IMG/VR virus record: IMGVR_UViG_3300048998_000084
Span: 1-43,017 of that record
Strand: one strand, 5' to 3'
Origin: a virus
Lineage: Duplodnaviria > Caudoviricetes
Length of the DNA: 43,017 bases
Part shown: one piece after another, positions 1 to 8,786 of the stretch
Layout of the letters: each line of letters begins with the position of its first letter
Numbering within the stretch: position 1 is the first letter of the stretch
The notes under the pieces: generated by a model
The model's input: the letters and a program-made list of their open reading frames with translations, nothing else
The model's database searches: none
What the model was told of the DNA's origin: nothing
Translations under genes and position numbers: made by a program

Positions 1-127
1 GCGCGCGGAGATCAAGGCCGACCTGCGCAGCGCGCAGATCCACGAGCGGCAGCTGCGGGACGAGCTGCACGCGCTCGAGCAAGGCAGGGCCGCGTGACCA
101 GTTCGTATGACAGCTGGAAAGCATCCG
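1..127. repeat. Terminal direct repeat, left copy (identical to 42891-43017)
   Basis: The first 127 nt match the last 127 nt exactly, and an ORF runs through the junction. This indicates a circular or circularly permuted assembly. Confidence 0.97.
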
Positions 128-402
128 GGGGCGAGTACCCCGGCGACATGGAACCCGAACACGACGAGGACGACACCATGCAAGACATCGTGCAGGACGA
201 CGTGCAGGACGCGATCAGGATCATCAAGGATGCCACCGCACGCGAGCTGCGGCTGCTGACGGCTGCAGTCACGAGCCGGCGCGAGCAACTCGAGCGCGAA
301 CTGAAGGCCGAGCTGAGCGAGCTGGGCAACGTGGACAAGGCGCCGCGCGCGCCCCGCAGCGACAAGGGCAAGCCCCGCGCGCAGAAAGCGGCTGAGGTCT
401 GA
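94..402 (+). CDS. Small early protein: coiled coil plus basic C-terminal motif (PRSDKGKPR), possibly DNA-binding
   Basis: The GTG start overlaps the TGA of the upstream ORF across the circular junction; the stop is 3 nt before the AAA gene. Confidence 0.65.
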   Translation: MTSSYDSWKASGGEYPGDMEPEHDEDDTMQDIVQDDVQDAIRIIKDATARELRLLTAAVTSRREQLERELKAELSELGNVDKAPRAPRSDKGKPRAQKAAEV

Positions 403-405
403 GCC

Positions 406-1617
406 ATGTTCAAGCCAGCCACACGAGAGAAGACAAAAGCCCGCGTGCTGCTCGCAGGTCCGAGCGGCAGCGGCAAGACGCGCGCCGCGCTTGAGATCGC
501 TCACACGCTCGGCCCCAAGGTCGCCGTGATCGACACCGAGAACCGCAGCGCGAGCCTGTACGTCGGGCTGAACGGTCTCAAGTTCGACGTGTGCGAGCTG
601 CAGCCGCCGTACACCTACGAGAAGTATCTGCAGGCGATGCGCTCGGCGTTCGCAGCCAAGTACGACGTGCTTGTGGTCGACTCGCTGACGCACGCGTGGG
701 CGGGCGAAGGTGGCGCGCTCGAACAGGTGGACAGGGCCTCGGGCAAGGGCGGTAACAGCTTCACCGCGTGGAAGGACGTCACGCCCGAGCACAACCGACT
801 GCTGAGCGCGATGAGCGCGAGCCCCATCCACCTACTCTGCACCGTGCGCACCAAGACGGCCTACGTCATGGAGGAGCGCGAGAACCGCGCCGGCAAGATC
901 GTGCAGGTGCCGCGGAAAGTCGGCCTCGCGCCCATCTTTCGCGCCGAGGTGGAATACGAGTTTTCCGTGCAGCTTGAGATCAACCTCGATCACGAGGTCA
1001 CGGTCACCAAGACGCGCGTCACCGAGCTGGACGGCGCGCGCTTCGCACCCGGCGAGCTGGGCAAGATCGGCGAGACGCTGCGCATGTTCCACGAGACCGG
1101 CACGGTGCCCAGCAACGTCTCCCCGTTGCGGCCAGCGCAAAGGGAGGAGCCAAACGCGCCGACAGTCGAGCGCTTCGCCACCTACTGGTTCAAGGGCAAC
1201 AAGCACACCGGCGAGCCGGTCGGCGAGCTCTCGGACGAGAGCCTCGGCAACTACATCGCGCGTCTCGAGAAGTGCATCGCAGCTGGTGGCGAATGGGGGC
1301 CGAAGGCTGTGCCGTACCTCGAAGCTGCCACGCGCGACCTCGAGCGTCGGCTCGCCCAGGAAGGCCCAGCCGACGAGCCCGAGCCGGAGCCCGAGCCGGC
1401 GCTCGACGAGCCGCCCGCTGCCTACAACCCCGAGACCGGCGAAGTGCTGGCCCATCCGCCCGCGGACGACGACCTCGCCGAGAAGCTCGAGAAGTCCGTG
1501 GAGCTTGCGAAAGCCGGCTTGCTGTACGGGGACACCAGCGAGGGCTGGGGACTCACTGGCGCTGATGCGCCGTCCAACCAGTCGAACGCCAAGCGCTCGC
1601 GCAAGGGGGCAGCGTGA
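406..1617 (+). CDS. AAA-family ATPase, Sak4-like single-strand annealing/recombination protein
   Basis: Walker A GPSGSGKT, VIDTEN, Walker B VLVVDSLTH and EYEF motifs typical of phage AAA_24/Sak4 proteins; long acidic C-terminal extension. Confidence 0.85.
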   Translation: MFKPATREKTKARVLLAGPSGSGKTRAALEIAHTLGPKVAVIDTENRSASLYVGLNGLKFDVCELQPPYTYEKYLQAMRSAFAAKYDVLVVDSLTHAWAGEGGALEQVDRASGKGGNSFTAWKDVTPEHNRLLSAMSASPIHLLCTVRTKTAYVMEERENRAGKIVQVPRKVGLAPIFRAEVEYEFSVQLEINLDHEVTVTKTRVTELDGARFAPGELGKIGETLRMFHETGTVPSNVSPLRPAQREEPNAPTVERFATYWFKGNKHTGEPVGELSDESLGNYIARLEKCIAAGGEWGPKAVPYLEAATRDLERRLAQEGPADEPEPEPEPALDEPPAAYNPETGEVLAHPPADDDLAEKLEKSVELAKAGLLYGDTSEGWGLTGADAPSNQSNAKRSRKGAA

Positions 1618-1823
1618 GCGGTCAAGAACATGGCGAGTACATCAGCGACGGCGTCACGCGCGCGCTCATCGAGGCGCATATGGAACTGGGCGGCACCCCC
1701 ACGTTACCAGCGCTCGTGTACTGCGCAGCTTGCGCGTTTGGAAACATCGGCATCGCCGTTGGCGACGACGCCGAGGAGTACGCTGCTCGGCAGCCACCGC
1801 TCAGCGATGAGGAGTGGTGGTGA
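1614..1823 (+). CDS. Hypothetical protein
   Basis: GTGA overlap with the AAA gene and with the next ORF (translational coupling). Confidence 0.6.
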   Translation: MSGQEHGEYISDGVTRALIEAHMELGGTPTLPALVYCAACAFGNIGIAVGDDAEEYAARQPPLSDEEWW

Positions 1824-2242
1824 CGAACGCGCCGCAGTTCTTGGACGTGTCCGCAGTCCGGCAAGCGCTGGGCTGCGGGCGCGAACACGCCGTCAACGTA
1901 ATCGTGCAGCTGGGCGGTGCGCAGATTGTTGGGCGCCGCTGGCGTGTTTCGCGGTCGAAGTTTCTCGCGTATCTCCGCGACTTGGAGAAGGGGAACCGAT
2001 GCTCTACACCAAGCAGCGCAGCGACGGCCGCAACTACTTCTACTGGCGCGCGAAGTACATCGACAACCAAGGCCGAAGGCGCACGAAGCGTCTCGCCACA
2101 GGAATCGTCGACGACGGCACGCCAGCCTCAAAACTCACAGCCACAACCATCGGCCACCGTCTGCAAGTTCCTCTCGCAGCTGGAGGCGAACGCGCAGCGC
2201 GCTCAACGCGTACGCTCAAGCAAGCGTGCGCGGAACTCGTGA
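1820..2242 (+). CDS. Excisionase-like HTH protein overlapping the integrase 5' end
   Basis: LDVSAVRQALGCGREHAVNVI..VGRRWRVSRSKFLAYL fits the Xis/MerR-type HTH pattern; Ser/Thr-rich tail is read in an alternative frame of int. Confidence 0.75.
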   Translation: MTNAPQFLDVSAVRQALGCGREHAVNVIVQLGGAQIVGRRWRVSRSKFLAYLRDLEKGNRCSTPSSAATAATTSTGARSTSTTKAEGARSVSPQESSTTARQPQNSQPQPSATVCKFLSQLEANAQRAQRVRSSKRARNS

Positions 2243-3129
2243 GGCTGCAGAAGATCGCATCGCGTCACGACGCATCGATCACCATCATCGTCCAGAAGTC
2301 CGCCCGCCTGTTCGACCACTTCGGCCCAGGCAAACTGATGGCCGACATCGAAGCAGAAGACGTGACGGCCTACGCGCAGCAGGCTCTCGCTGCGCGTGCC
2401 GTCGCCACTGTCTCGCGTGAGTTGCTGGTGCTGCGGCAAGCCTTCCAAGCAGTGCGCTTGCCGCCGCCACCCAACCCCGAGTTGCCCGACCTGCCCGAGG
2501 GCCGCGACCGCATGCTGGAGATTCACGAGCAGCAGGCGCTCATGCTCGAAGTGCCCGAGCGCTGGGCGCTGCACGTGCTCGTGCTGCTGCAGCTGGGCGT
2601 CCGCCGCTCTGAGCTGCTGAAGCTCGGCGAGATCGACTGGGAGCATCGACGCATCCGCGTGCACGGCACGAAGACGAAGCGCGGCGTGCGCTGGGTGCCG
2701 ATCCCCATGCAGCTGTTCCGCGAGCTCGAAGCGCGCCGTGCAACGTGGGCGGGCCTTGAATACTGGGACCACGCCGACCGCATGCTGAAGGCTGCGGCGA
2801 AGCGCGCGGGCATGCAGCCAATCAGCTGCAACGACCTTCGCCGCACGTACGCAACGTTCATGGCGCGCGCTGGTGTTCAGGCGCTGCAGCTCGCGAAGTA
2901 CATGGGAACAAGCGTGAAGATGCTCGAGCGCGTGTATGCGCGATTGGAGCGCCCAGGCGACCACGACCTGGCCGCAGTCGACGCGGGCGTGCCGAACATT
3001 CCCGGTGCGCGTACGGTGCTCGAAAACTCGACACCGGCAGCAAACCCGCCCGGGGCTGTGGGCCAACGGGCCGGCCAGCGTAGCGAAACCTTTGAGGATT
3101 TCGGGCCGGCCTGGCCCGTTGTGCAGTGA
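1999..3129 (+). CDS. int: Tyrosine recombinase/integrase
   Basis: GVRRSEL (Arg I), HGTKT (Lys), NDLRRTYAT (HxxR box with H>N) and MGTSVKMLERVY (catalytic Tyr). ATG at 1999 follows GGAGAAGGGG. Confidence 0.92.
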   Translation: MLYTKQRSDGRNYFYWRAKYIDNQGRRRTKRLATGIVDDGTPASKLTATTIGHRLQVPLAAGGERAARSTRTLKQACAELVRLQKIASRHDASITIIVQKSARLFDHFGPGKLMADIEAEDVTAYAQQALAARAVATVSRELLVLRQAFQAVRLPPPPNPELPDLPEGRDRMLEIHEQQALMLEVPERWALHVLVLLQLGVRRSELLKLGEIDWEHRRIRVHGTKTKRGVRWVPIPMQLFRELEARRATWAGLEYWDHADRMLKAAAKRAGMQPISCNDLRRTYATFMARAGVQALQLAKYMGTSVKMLERVYARLERPGDHDLAAVDAGVPNIPGARTVLENSTPAANPPGAVGQRAGQRSETFEDFGPAWPVVQ

Positions 3130-3150
3130 TCGACCCGCACAAAGCGTGCG

Positions 3151-3231
3151 AAGTGCCTCCCGCCATCGCTAGTGATTGCGGGCGCTTACAGGGACGGTTT
3201 CAGCCGGTGCTCGTATGGTGCACTGAGGGGA
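3151..3231. other. Candidate attP region: imperfect hairpin 3151-3187 plus a tRNA-3'-end-like core 3216-3231
   Basis: Immediately downstream of int. The reverse complement of 3216-3231 reads TCCCCTCAGTGCACCA and ends in ACCA like a tRNA 3' end. Confidence 0.4.
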
Positions 3232-3236
3232 TAAAC

Positions 3237-3797
3237 ATGAGCGACGACACGCAGACAGAGAACGTGGTTGACGAGACTATCAATGCCCAGTTCGACGAGG
3301 AGGTCGAGTGTCCACACAAGCGATGCTGTCAATCAGAGCCATGCACTGGACCGTCGGACTCCGTGGATGGGGCGCTGAGCCTGGCTGAGGACGCTATTGA
3401 TGAACTTGACGATGATGTTACGGCAGCGCTGAAGACTCTCGCCGCCGAGGTGCGCCGGCTGCGCGAGATGAGTCTCGACGCCTGCGAAGCTGAGACGCGC
3501 GCTAAAAATGACCGGCTCCAAGCCGATCGCGACCAGCTGAGCGCGTCTAACCTTCGGTTGGTGGCCGAGAACGAACGGCTACGCGTCGAGCTTGAACGCC
3601 GCAACGTCGCGCACGTGGAGCCGGCCATCCTTACGGTCGATCGCGACGAGTGGAAGGCGCGCGCGCTGTCCGCCGAGCGTGGAGCCAACGTCCTCACTCG
3701 GAAGCTGACGGCCATCAGCAACCTGCTCGAGATGCAGCACGATGAGTCGCTCATCGCAGTCGGCGACGTGCGGCGCGCACTGTTCGACACGAAGTGA
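3237..3797 (+). CDS. Hypothetical coiled-coil protein
   Basis: ATG after a GAGGGG RBS; heptad-rich central region; Cys cluster near the N-terminus. Confidence 0.7.
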   Translation: MSDDTQTENVVDETINAQFDEEVECPHKRCCQSEPCTGPSDSVDGALSLAEDAIDELDDDVTAALKTLAAEVRRLREMSLDACEAETRAKNDRLQADRDQLSASNLRLVAENERLRVELERRNVAHVEPAILTVDRDEWKARALSAERGANVLTRKLTAISNLLEMQHDESLIAVGDVRRALFDTK

Positions 3798-3915
3798 TGA
3801 ACGTCTAGGGCGGCCCTGCGGGTGTCAAACAGGGAATGTCAAACCACCGCGAGCCAGCCCTAGACACCCGCAACCTGCCCTATGTGGGCCAGAATCGTCA
3901 ACGATCCACGTGCGT

Positions 3916-4242
3916 TCAGCGCCTCGGGGGCAGCGGCGGCGGGCCGCCATCACCGATCGGCGGCGGCGCTGGCGGCCTACGCGTGCGAAAGCCGGGCGAG
4001 GTATCGCGCTTCGATCCGTCGTCGGCGAGGTCCTCGAGCTGCTCGAGCGTCGGCCCAGGGCTGAACACGCGCGGGAAGGCGGCGCCGAGCGCGCAGAACG
4101 CAAGCGCGTGCTCCTCGAGCGACTTCCTGATCGCATCGATGGCCTTGAGGCTGGGCGCGCTGTCGTAGGCGTTCAGTGCGAAAACGACCTGACGCGCTGC
4201 GCTGTCGAGCAAGTCTGCGAACTGGTGACGCGGCTTGGTCAC
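3916..4242 (-). CDS. Hypothetical protein with Pro-rich C-terminus (last gene of the late operon)
   Basis: Starts 3 nt after the upstream stop on the same strand. Confidence 0.6.
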   Translation of the reverse strand: MTKPRHQFADLLDSAARQVVFALNAYDSAPSLKAIDAIRKSLEEHALAFCALGAAFPRVFSPGPTLEQLEDLADDGSKRDTSPGFRTRRPPAPPPIGDGGPPPLPPRR

Positions 4243-4245
4243 ACG

Positions 4246-4527
4246 TCACCCCCCCGCAGCGGGAGGCGACATGCTCGGCGGCCGTGACGTGGCGCGCTCC
4301 ACTTCTAGCTGCAGCTTGGTTGGCGACACGTCGCCGAGACGCGGCAGCACTTCCTTGCCGGCGAGCAGGCCAAAGATCGTGCTCAGCAGCTCGCGGTAGT
4401 CCAGCAACCCAAGCGCGGTCATGGCCTTGTCGTTCGCGATCACCGCCAGCGCGATGACCCACACGAGCGCGAGCGAGGTGCGCGCCATCTTCAGCATTTC
4501 AGGGGACAAACCGGGCTTAGTGTCCAT
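4246..4527 (-). CDS. Putative holin-like small membrane protein
   Basis: One to two hydrophobic segments (SLALVWVIALAVIA; LLSTIFGLLAG), charged C-terminus, AGGAG RBS, located at the end of the virion operon. Confidence 0.45.
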   Translation of the reverse strand: MDTKPGLSPEMLKMARTSLALVWVIALAVIANDKAMTALGLLDYRELLSTIFGLLAGKEVLPRLGDVSPTKLQLEVERATSRPPSMSPPAAGG

Positions 4528-4538
4528 CGTACACACTC

Positions 4539-7500
4539 CTATCGCAGCCACACGCGGCTGTAGTCGATCTCGTAGGTCAGCGGTGTCGCGTTGATGTCGC
4601 TGATCGTCGTGGTGTTGATCGGGCTGATGCCTGTGTGCCCGAAACCGAAGTCGAACAGGAACGACAGCGGCGGCACCGTCGTGCCCGTGGGCACGCGCCA
4701 GTCAAGCGTGCCGCTCTGAATCACGGTGCTGTCCATGTAGAGCGTAAAGGCGTTGTTCTTCGCGTAGTACATCGTGAACGTGTGCCAGTTGCGCAGGCTC
4801 TGGCTGCCGTTCGGGATCGCGTAGCCGGGCAGGCCGAGCGTGCTCAGCACCGTGTCCCAGCCGCCGGAGAAGTAGTCCTTCGAGTTGGTGCCGCCGATGC
4901 TGTTCGCGTTGAACAAGTCGCCGTTCACGTTCGGCGAGCTGCTCGAGAACGCCTCGATCGCATCGATCTCCGGGCCGCCGTCCCACTGCGGGCCGACCAT
5001 CCACAGCGCGAACCAGTAGCCGTTGGGCGCGTTCAGGATGCGCGCGCGCGTCTCCCACACGATGTCCTGGCCCAAGCGCGCGCCGCCCGCCGGCAGCGTG
5101 TACTTGCTGACGAGCGAGCCGCAGCCCGCGTTGTGCGTGCTCGCAGGACCGACGACCGTAGAGGCCGTGTTGAGCGGCTTGACGTGCGCCTGCATGGTCG
5201 TGCTCGTCCACGTGCGATAGCGCCCGGTCGTGTCCTCGGGCTGCTGGTCGTTCGCCATGCCGACGTCAGCCCAGTTGTACACGCCGAACGTGGGCGCGCC
5301 CGCTGCGCGCTGGATGAGCGCGCCGTAGTTCGTGCCGTTCGAGATCGTGCCGAACGGGTCGTGATAGGTGAACTCGGTGTTGAGCGCGGCTGCGTTGCTG
5401 ATCGTCTTGGTCGAGCCGAACTGCCAATCCTTCACCATGCCGAACGCGCCGCCCGGCATGAGCCCCAGCAGCGTCGGCTGAGGTCCGAGCGCGAGCACAC
5501 CGCGCAGGGTGCTGGCGGTGCGCGACGCGCCTTTGAGCCCGCGCCAGCGCTCCGGGTAGAGCACGGTGCCACCTGAAACCGGGTCCTCGTGCCACTTGCC
5601 ATGTCCTGCCATTTCACCCTCGCCGTCTGAGGCCCACGCGCCGTGCAGTTCCCCAGTCCACTCGGTGCCGTCTGGCACCCACGGGCCCGGGCTGCTGTCC
5701 ACGTCCGGAATGTCGCCGCCATCGCTCCAGCCGGCCCACACGGGCGGGAAGTACGGTGTGCCGCCGCTGATCGCCGCCGTGAGCGTCGAGCTGACGCCCA
5801 TCGAGCCGGCGATAAAGTTGGCCACGCCCAGCGACGCCGCCAGCGTGCTCGCCACCGAACTCGTGCCCGCGAGCGGCTTCGGCACAGTGAGCGCCGCCGT
5901 CAGCGTCGAGGCTACGGACGAGCTACCCACCAGCAGCCGCAGAACTGACACCGTGGCGCTGAGCGTGCTGGCACTCGTATCGCTGCCTGCCAGGTTCTTG
6001 GGCAGACTCAGCGCACCGGCGAGGGTCGAGGCGACCGTACTGGACGCCGCCAGCGGCTGCGCCTGACTGAGCGTGCCCGCGAAGGTGCTGGCCACCGTCT
6101 CGGAGCCCGCGACCTGCCGCAGCACGCCCAGGGTGCCGCTGAACGTCGAGGCCACAAAGGCGTTGCCCTGGAACAGCCCGGTGATACCCAGCGTGCCGCT
6201 GAACGTGCTCGCGTTGGTGTCCGAGCCCGCCAGCGGCTTGGTCACGTCGAGCGTAGCGGCCAGCGTCGAGGCCACTGTCTCGGTACCGACGAGCGGCTGC
6301 GCCTGCGTCAGGGTGGCTGCCAGCGTCGAGGCTACCGTGTCGCTGCCGGCCAGATTGTTCTGCAGCACCACGGTGCCGCTGAGGGTCGATGCGACCGTGT
6401 CAGAGCCCGCGAGGTTCTTGGGTACCGTCAGGGTGCCGGCCAGCGTGCTCGCGACCGAGTCAGATCCTGCGAGCGCGAGCGCGAGACGCAGGGTGGCACT
6501 CAGCGTGCTGGCGCTGGTCGTGCTGCCCACGAGGGGCTGCTGCTGCGTGAGCGTGGCCGCCAGCGTCGAGGCCACGGTGTCGGAGCCCAGGAGCGGCTGC
6601 GCTTGGCTCAGCGTCGCCGCGAGCGTGCTGGCTGACGTGTCGCTGCCCAGCAGCGGCTGCGTCTGGCTCATGGTCGCCGCCAGCGTGGTAGCGCTGGTGG
6701 TCGTGGCGTTGAGGGCGAGCGCGACGCTGAGGGCGGCGCTCAAGGTGCTGGCGACTGTCGATCCCGCCGCGAGATTCTTCGGCACCGTCAGCGCACCACT
6801 CAGGGTGCTGGCGACGTTTTCACTGCCCGCGAGCGCAACAGCTACCTGCGCGGTGCCGCTGAACGTGCTGCCGCTACTAACCGTGCCTGCGAGCGGCAGC
6901 GTGCTCTGGAAGTATTGCGGCGGCAGCGTGCGCGCGTTGCGCTGACCGCGGTAGAACGCTGGCGCGTTGACCGTGGCATCGCTGACCGATCCACGCGTGA
7001 CCGCAAGGTCGCGACCCTGGCCGCTGAAGTCGTCGAGGCGCGCGCCTCCGGACATCATCGGGTACCACGCCTGCAGCGTGCGGCCCGGCACCGGATTACG
7101 TGAGGCGAACGCGAGCGCCATCTCGGCGTCAGTAAAAACGCCGCTGTAAATGGCGACGTCCTGCAGCTTGTACGCGCTCTGCGCGCCCGCTGGCTGGCTG
7201 CCGATCTGGATGGAAGTCAGCGTTGTGGCGGCTGCAGTGTGCGGCGCTTGGTTCGGCGCACTGAGCGTATGTTTGTACAGCTGTAGCGTTGTGCCGTCGT
7301 ACGTGAACCCGAGGGACCACCACGCGTTGAGCGACAGCGACATGCTGCCCGGCGTGTAGTCCACCGCGCTCTCGGTCATCGTGAGAAGTGCGGCTGCCGT
7401 CGGATCGAGATACAGCGACAGCTTGAGGCCGGACGCGTAGTTCAGAACGAGGACGTCTTGATAGTTCGTGACGTCGCTGGGGTAGATTCTGACCACGCCA

Positions 7501-7586
7501 GACAGCGACGACAGCGCAGGGCCACCCGTTACGGTGACCGCTACGCCGTTCGAGTCGGTCGACGCTGCGCCGAAGGTAATCGCCAT
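4539..7586 (-). CDS. Virion fibre protein: LamG/ConA-like N-domain, 19 tandem 20-aa repeats, C-terminal GH16-like glycoside hydrolase
   Basis: WWSLGFTYDGTTLQLY and LQDVAIYSGVFTDAEM (LamG-like); LAGSDTVASTLAATLTQAQP-type repeats; YWFALWM..EIDAIE and WHTFTMYY..LYMDS (GH16-like). Confidence 0.8.
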   Translation of the reverse strand: MAITFGAASTDSNGVAVTVTGGPALSSLSGVVRIYPSDVTNYQDVLVLNYASGLKLSLYLDPTAAALLTMTESAVDYTPGSMSLSLNAWWSLGFTYDGTTLQLYKHTLSAPNQAPHTAAATTLTSIQIGSQPAGAQSAYKLQDVAIYSGVFTDAEMALAFASRNPVPGRTLQAWYPMMSGGARLDDFSGQGRDLAVTRGSVSDATVNAPAFYRGQRNARTLPPQYFQSTLPLAGTVSSGSTFSGTAQVAVALAGSENVASTLSGALTVPKNLAAGSTVASTLSAALSVALALNATTTSATTLAATMSQTQPLLGSDTSASTLAATLSQAQPLLGSDTVASTLAATLTQQQPLVGSTTSASTLSATLRLALALAGSDSVASTLAGTLTVPKNLAGSDTVASTLSGTVVLQNNLAGSDTVASTLAATLTQAQPLVGTETVASTLAATLDVTKPLAGSDTNASTFSGTLGITGLFQGNAFVASTFSGTLGVLRQVAGSETVASTFAGTLSQAQPLAASSTVASTLAGALSLPKNLAGSDTSASTLSATVSVLRLLVGSSSVASTLTAALTVPKPLAGTSSVASTLAASLGVANFIAGSMGVSSTLTAAISGGTPYFPPVWAGWSDGGDIPDVDSSPGPWVPDGTEWTGELHGAWASDGEGEMAGHGKWHEDPVSGGTVLYPERWRGLKGASRTASTLRGVLALGPQPTLLGLMPGGAFGMVKDWQFGSTKTISNAAALNTEFTYHDPFGTISNGTNYGALIQRAAGAPTFGVYNWADVGMANDQQPEDTTGRYRTWTSTTMQAHVKPLNTASTVVGPASTHNAGCGSLVSKYTLPAGGARLGQDIVWETRARILNAPNGYWFALWMVGPQWDGGPEIDAIEAFSSSSPNVNGDLFNANSIGGTNSKDYFSGGWDTVLSTLGLPGYAIPNGSQSLRNWHTFTMYYAKNNAFTLYMDSTVIQSGTLDWRVPTGTTVPPLSFLFDFGFGHTGISPINTTTISDINATPLTYEIDYSRVWLR
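5754..6893 (-). repeat. 19 tandem 60-bp (20-aa) coding repeats
   Basis: Consensus L-A-G-S-x-T-V-A-S-T-L-x-[AG]-T-L-x(4)-[PN], counted in the translation. Confidence 0.9.
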
Positions 7587-7593
7587 GAAGGGC

Positions 7594-8778
7594 TCAGTCC
7601 AAGGTCACGCGGAGCATTGGTGCCTGCCACGTGACCGCAGCCGTGATGAGCGCTCCCGTGTAGGTCGTGCCCGATGTAAAGGCCGTCGCTGCTGCCGTGG
7701 TCAGAATCTGCCCGTCGGACATGTCTGCAGTCAGCCCGTAGATCGAGGGCTGCGTGGTCGTGGCCGCCGTGCGAATGCCGGCCCATAGATGCGTGCCTGC
7801 GGCGACGCTTTGCGCAAACGCTGTCGTGTTGCGCTTGAGGCCAGTGCCGGACACCAGCGTGTCTACGGTGCCTGTCGCAACGATCTTCGTGAGTGTTTGC
7901 GATGCGCGGTTCGGAGCCGCTGGCGTGGAGAACAAACCGACCTCGCCGGCTGTCGTGCCCGTGCCTGCGGCTGTCACGTGGAACTCCACGCGGTTCACCG
8001 TGACGCCGGTCTGCACAAGCCCCACGTAGACGAAGTATGCGACGCCGCTCGTGGTTGCAGCGCCCGCGATGGCGGGCAGCTGGCTGCTGAAAATCCGCTG
8101 CGAGCCTGGCACCCATACAGTGGGCAGGGCCACGCCGTTCAGATTGCCCACGCCCGTCAGGTTGCCGCTGCTGTCGCAGCTGATGGCGGAGTTCTGCCCG
8201 AGCTTGCCCGTGGTGCCGCTGAAGCGCACGAGCGCCGTGTCAGTCGCGCTCGCCGGACCAACGAAGTCGCCGCTTCCAGGCGTGCCGCTGTTACCGTCGC
8301 TGTAGCTCAGCTCGGCACCGATCAGAATCGCGTCGCCCGTCATGCTGGTGTCGGTGCGCGTGATTTTGATCCACGCGTCGTCACCGCTCGAGAGGCTGTC
8401 GAGGTTGCTGATTGTGATGGTGCTGAGCGTGTCGCCCTTCGCCGTGCTGTTGACGGCCGTGGTGGCCGTCTGCGCCGTGGCGAAGCTCTTGGCCTCCACG
8501 CTCACCGCGTCGCCCGGTGTGATGGCCGCGAGCGCGGCAGACCACGTCACATTGCCCGTGGTGCTGCCGCTTCGCGAATACCAGGTGAGCGCGAGCGTGA
8601 GATTGCCGCTGCCGTACTGCGAAGCACGGAACGGCAGATAGATCGCCTGGGAGGATGACTGTGGGAACGCGTAGCCAGACGGCGGGAAGTTCGTTCCCGC
8701 GATAAACACCAGCGCGGGCGTGTTCGTCGTGTCTGGACGCGCTGCACTGATGTCGATTGTTTGGACGGTCGTTCCCAT
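7594..8778 (-). CDS. Virion fibre/spike protein
   Basis: S/T/G/A-rich beta composition; contains one copy of the GPxSATD..F.GTTGKL repeat found in the 9253-10932 fibre. Confidence 0.7.
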   Translation of the reverse strand: MGTTVQTIDISAARPDTTNTPALVFIAGTNFPPSGYAFPQSSSQAIYLPFRASQYGSGNLTLALTWYSRSGSTTGNVTWSAALAAITPGDAVSVEAKSFATAQTATTAVNSTAKGDTLSTITISNLDSLSSGDDAWIKITRTDTSMTGDAILIGAELSYSDGNSGTPGSGDFVGPASATDTALVRFSGTTGKLGQNSAISCDSSGNLTGVGNLNGVALPTVWVPGSQRIFSSQLPAIAGAATTSGVAYFVYVGLVQTGVTVNRVEFHVTAAGTGTTAGEVGLFSTPAAPNRASQTLTKIVATGTVDTLVSGTGLKRNTTAFAQSVAAGTHLWAGIRTAATTTQPSIYGLTADMSDGQILTTAAATAFTSGTTYTGALITAAVTWQAPMLRVTLD

Positions 8779-8786
8779 GCATCACC

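Noticed and set aside
1-127. 127-bp terminal repeat as a biological genome terminus
   Set aside because: The length equals a common assembler k-mer and it falls mid-gene, so it is most likely a circular-assembly overlap.
1630-1998. 499-aa integrase start given by the ORF track
   Set aside because: The extension overlaps two better-supported ORFs and looks non-coding in that frame; the ATG at 1999 has an RBS.
3836-4168. + strand ORF after the AAACAGGGA copy at 3827
   Set aside because: The ATG abuts the motif with no spacer, and the ORF is antisense to a better-supported - strand gene.
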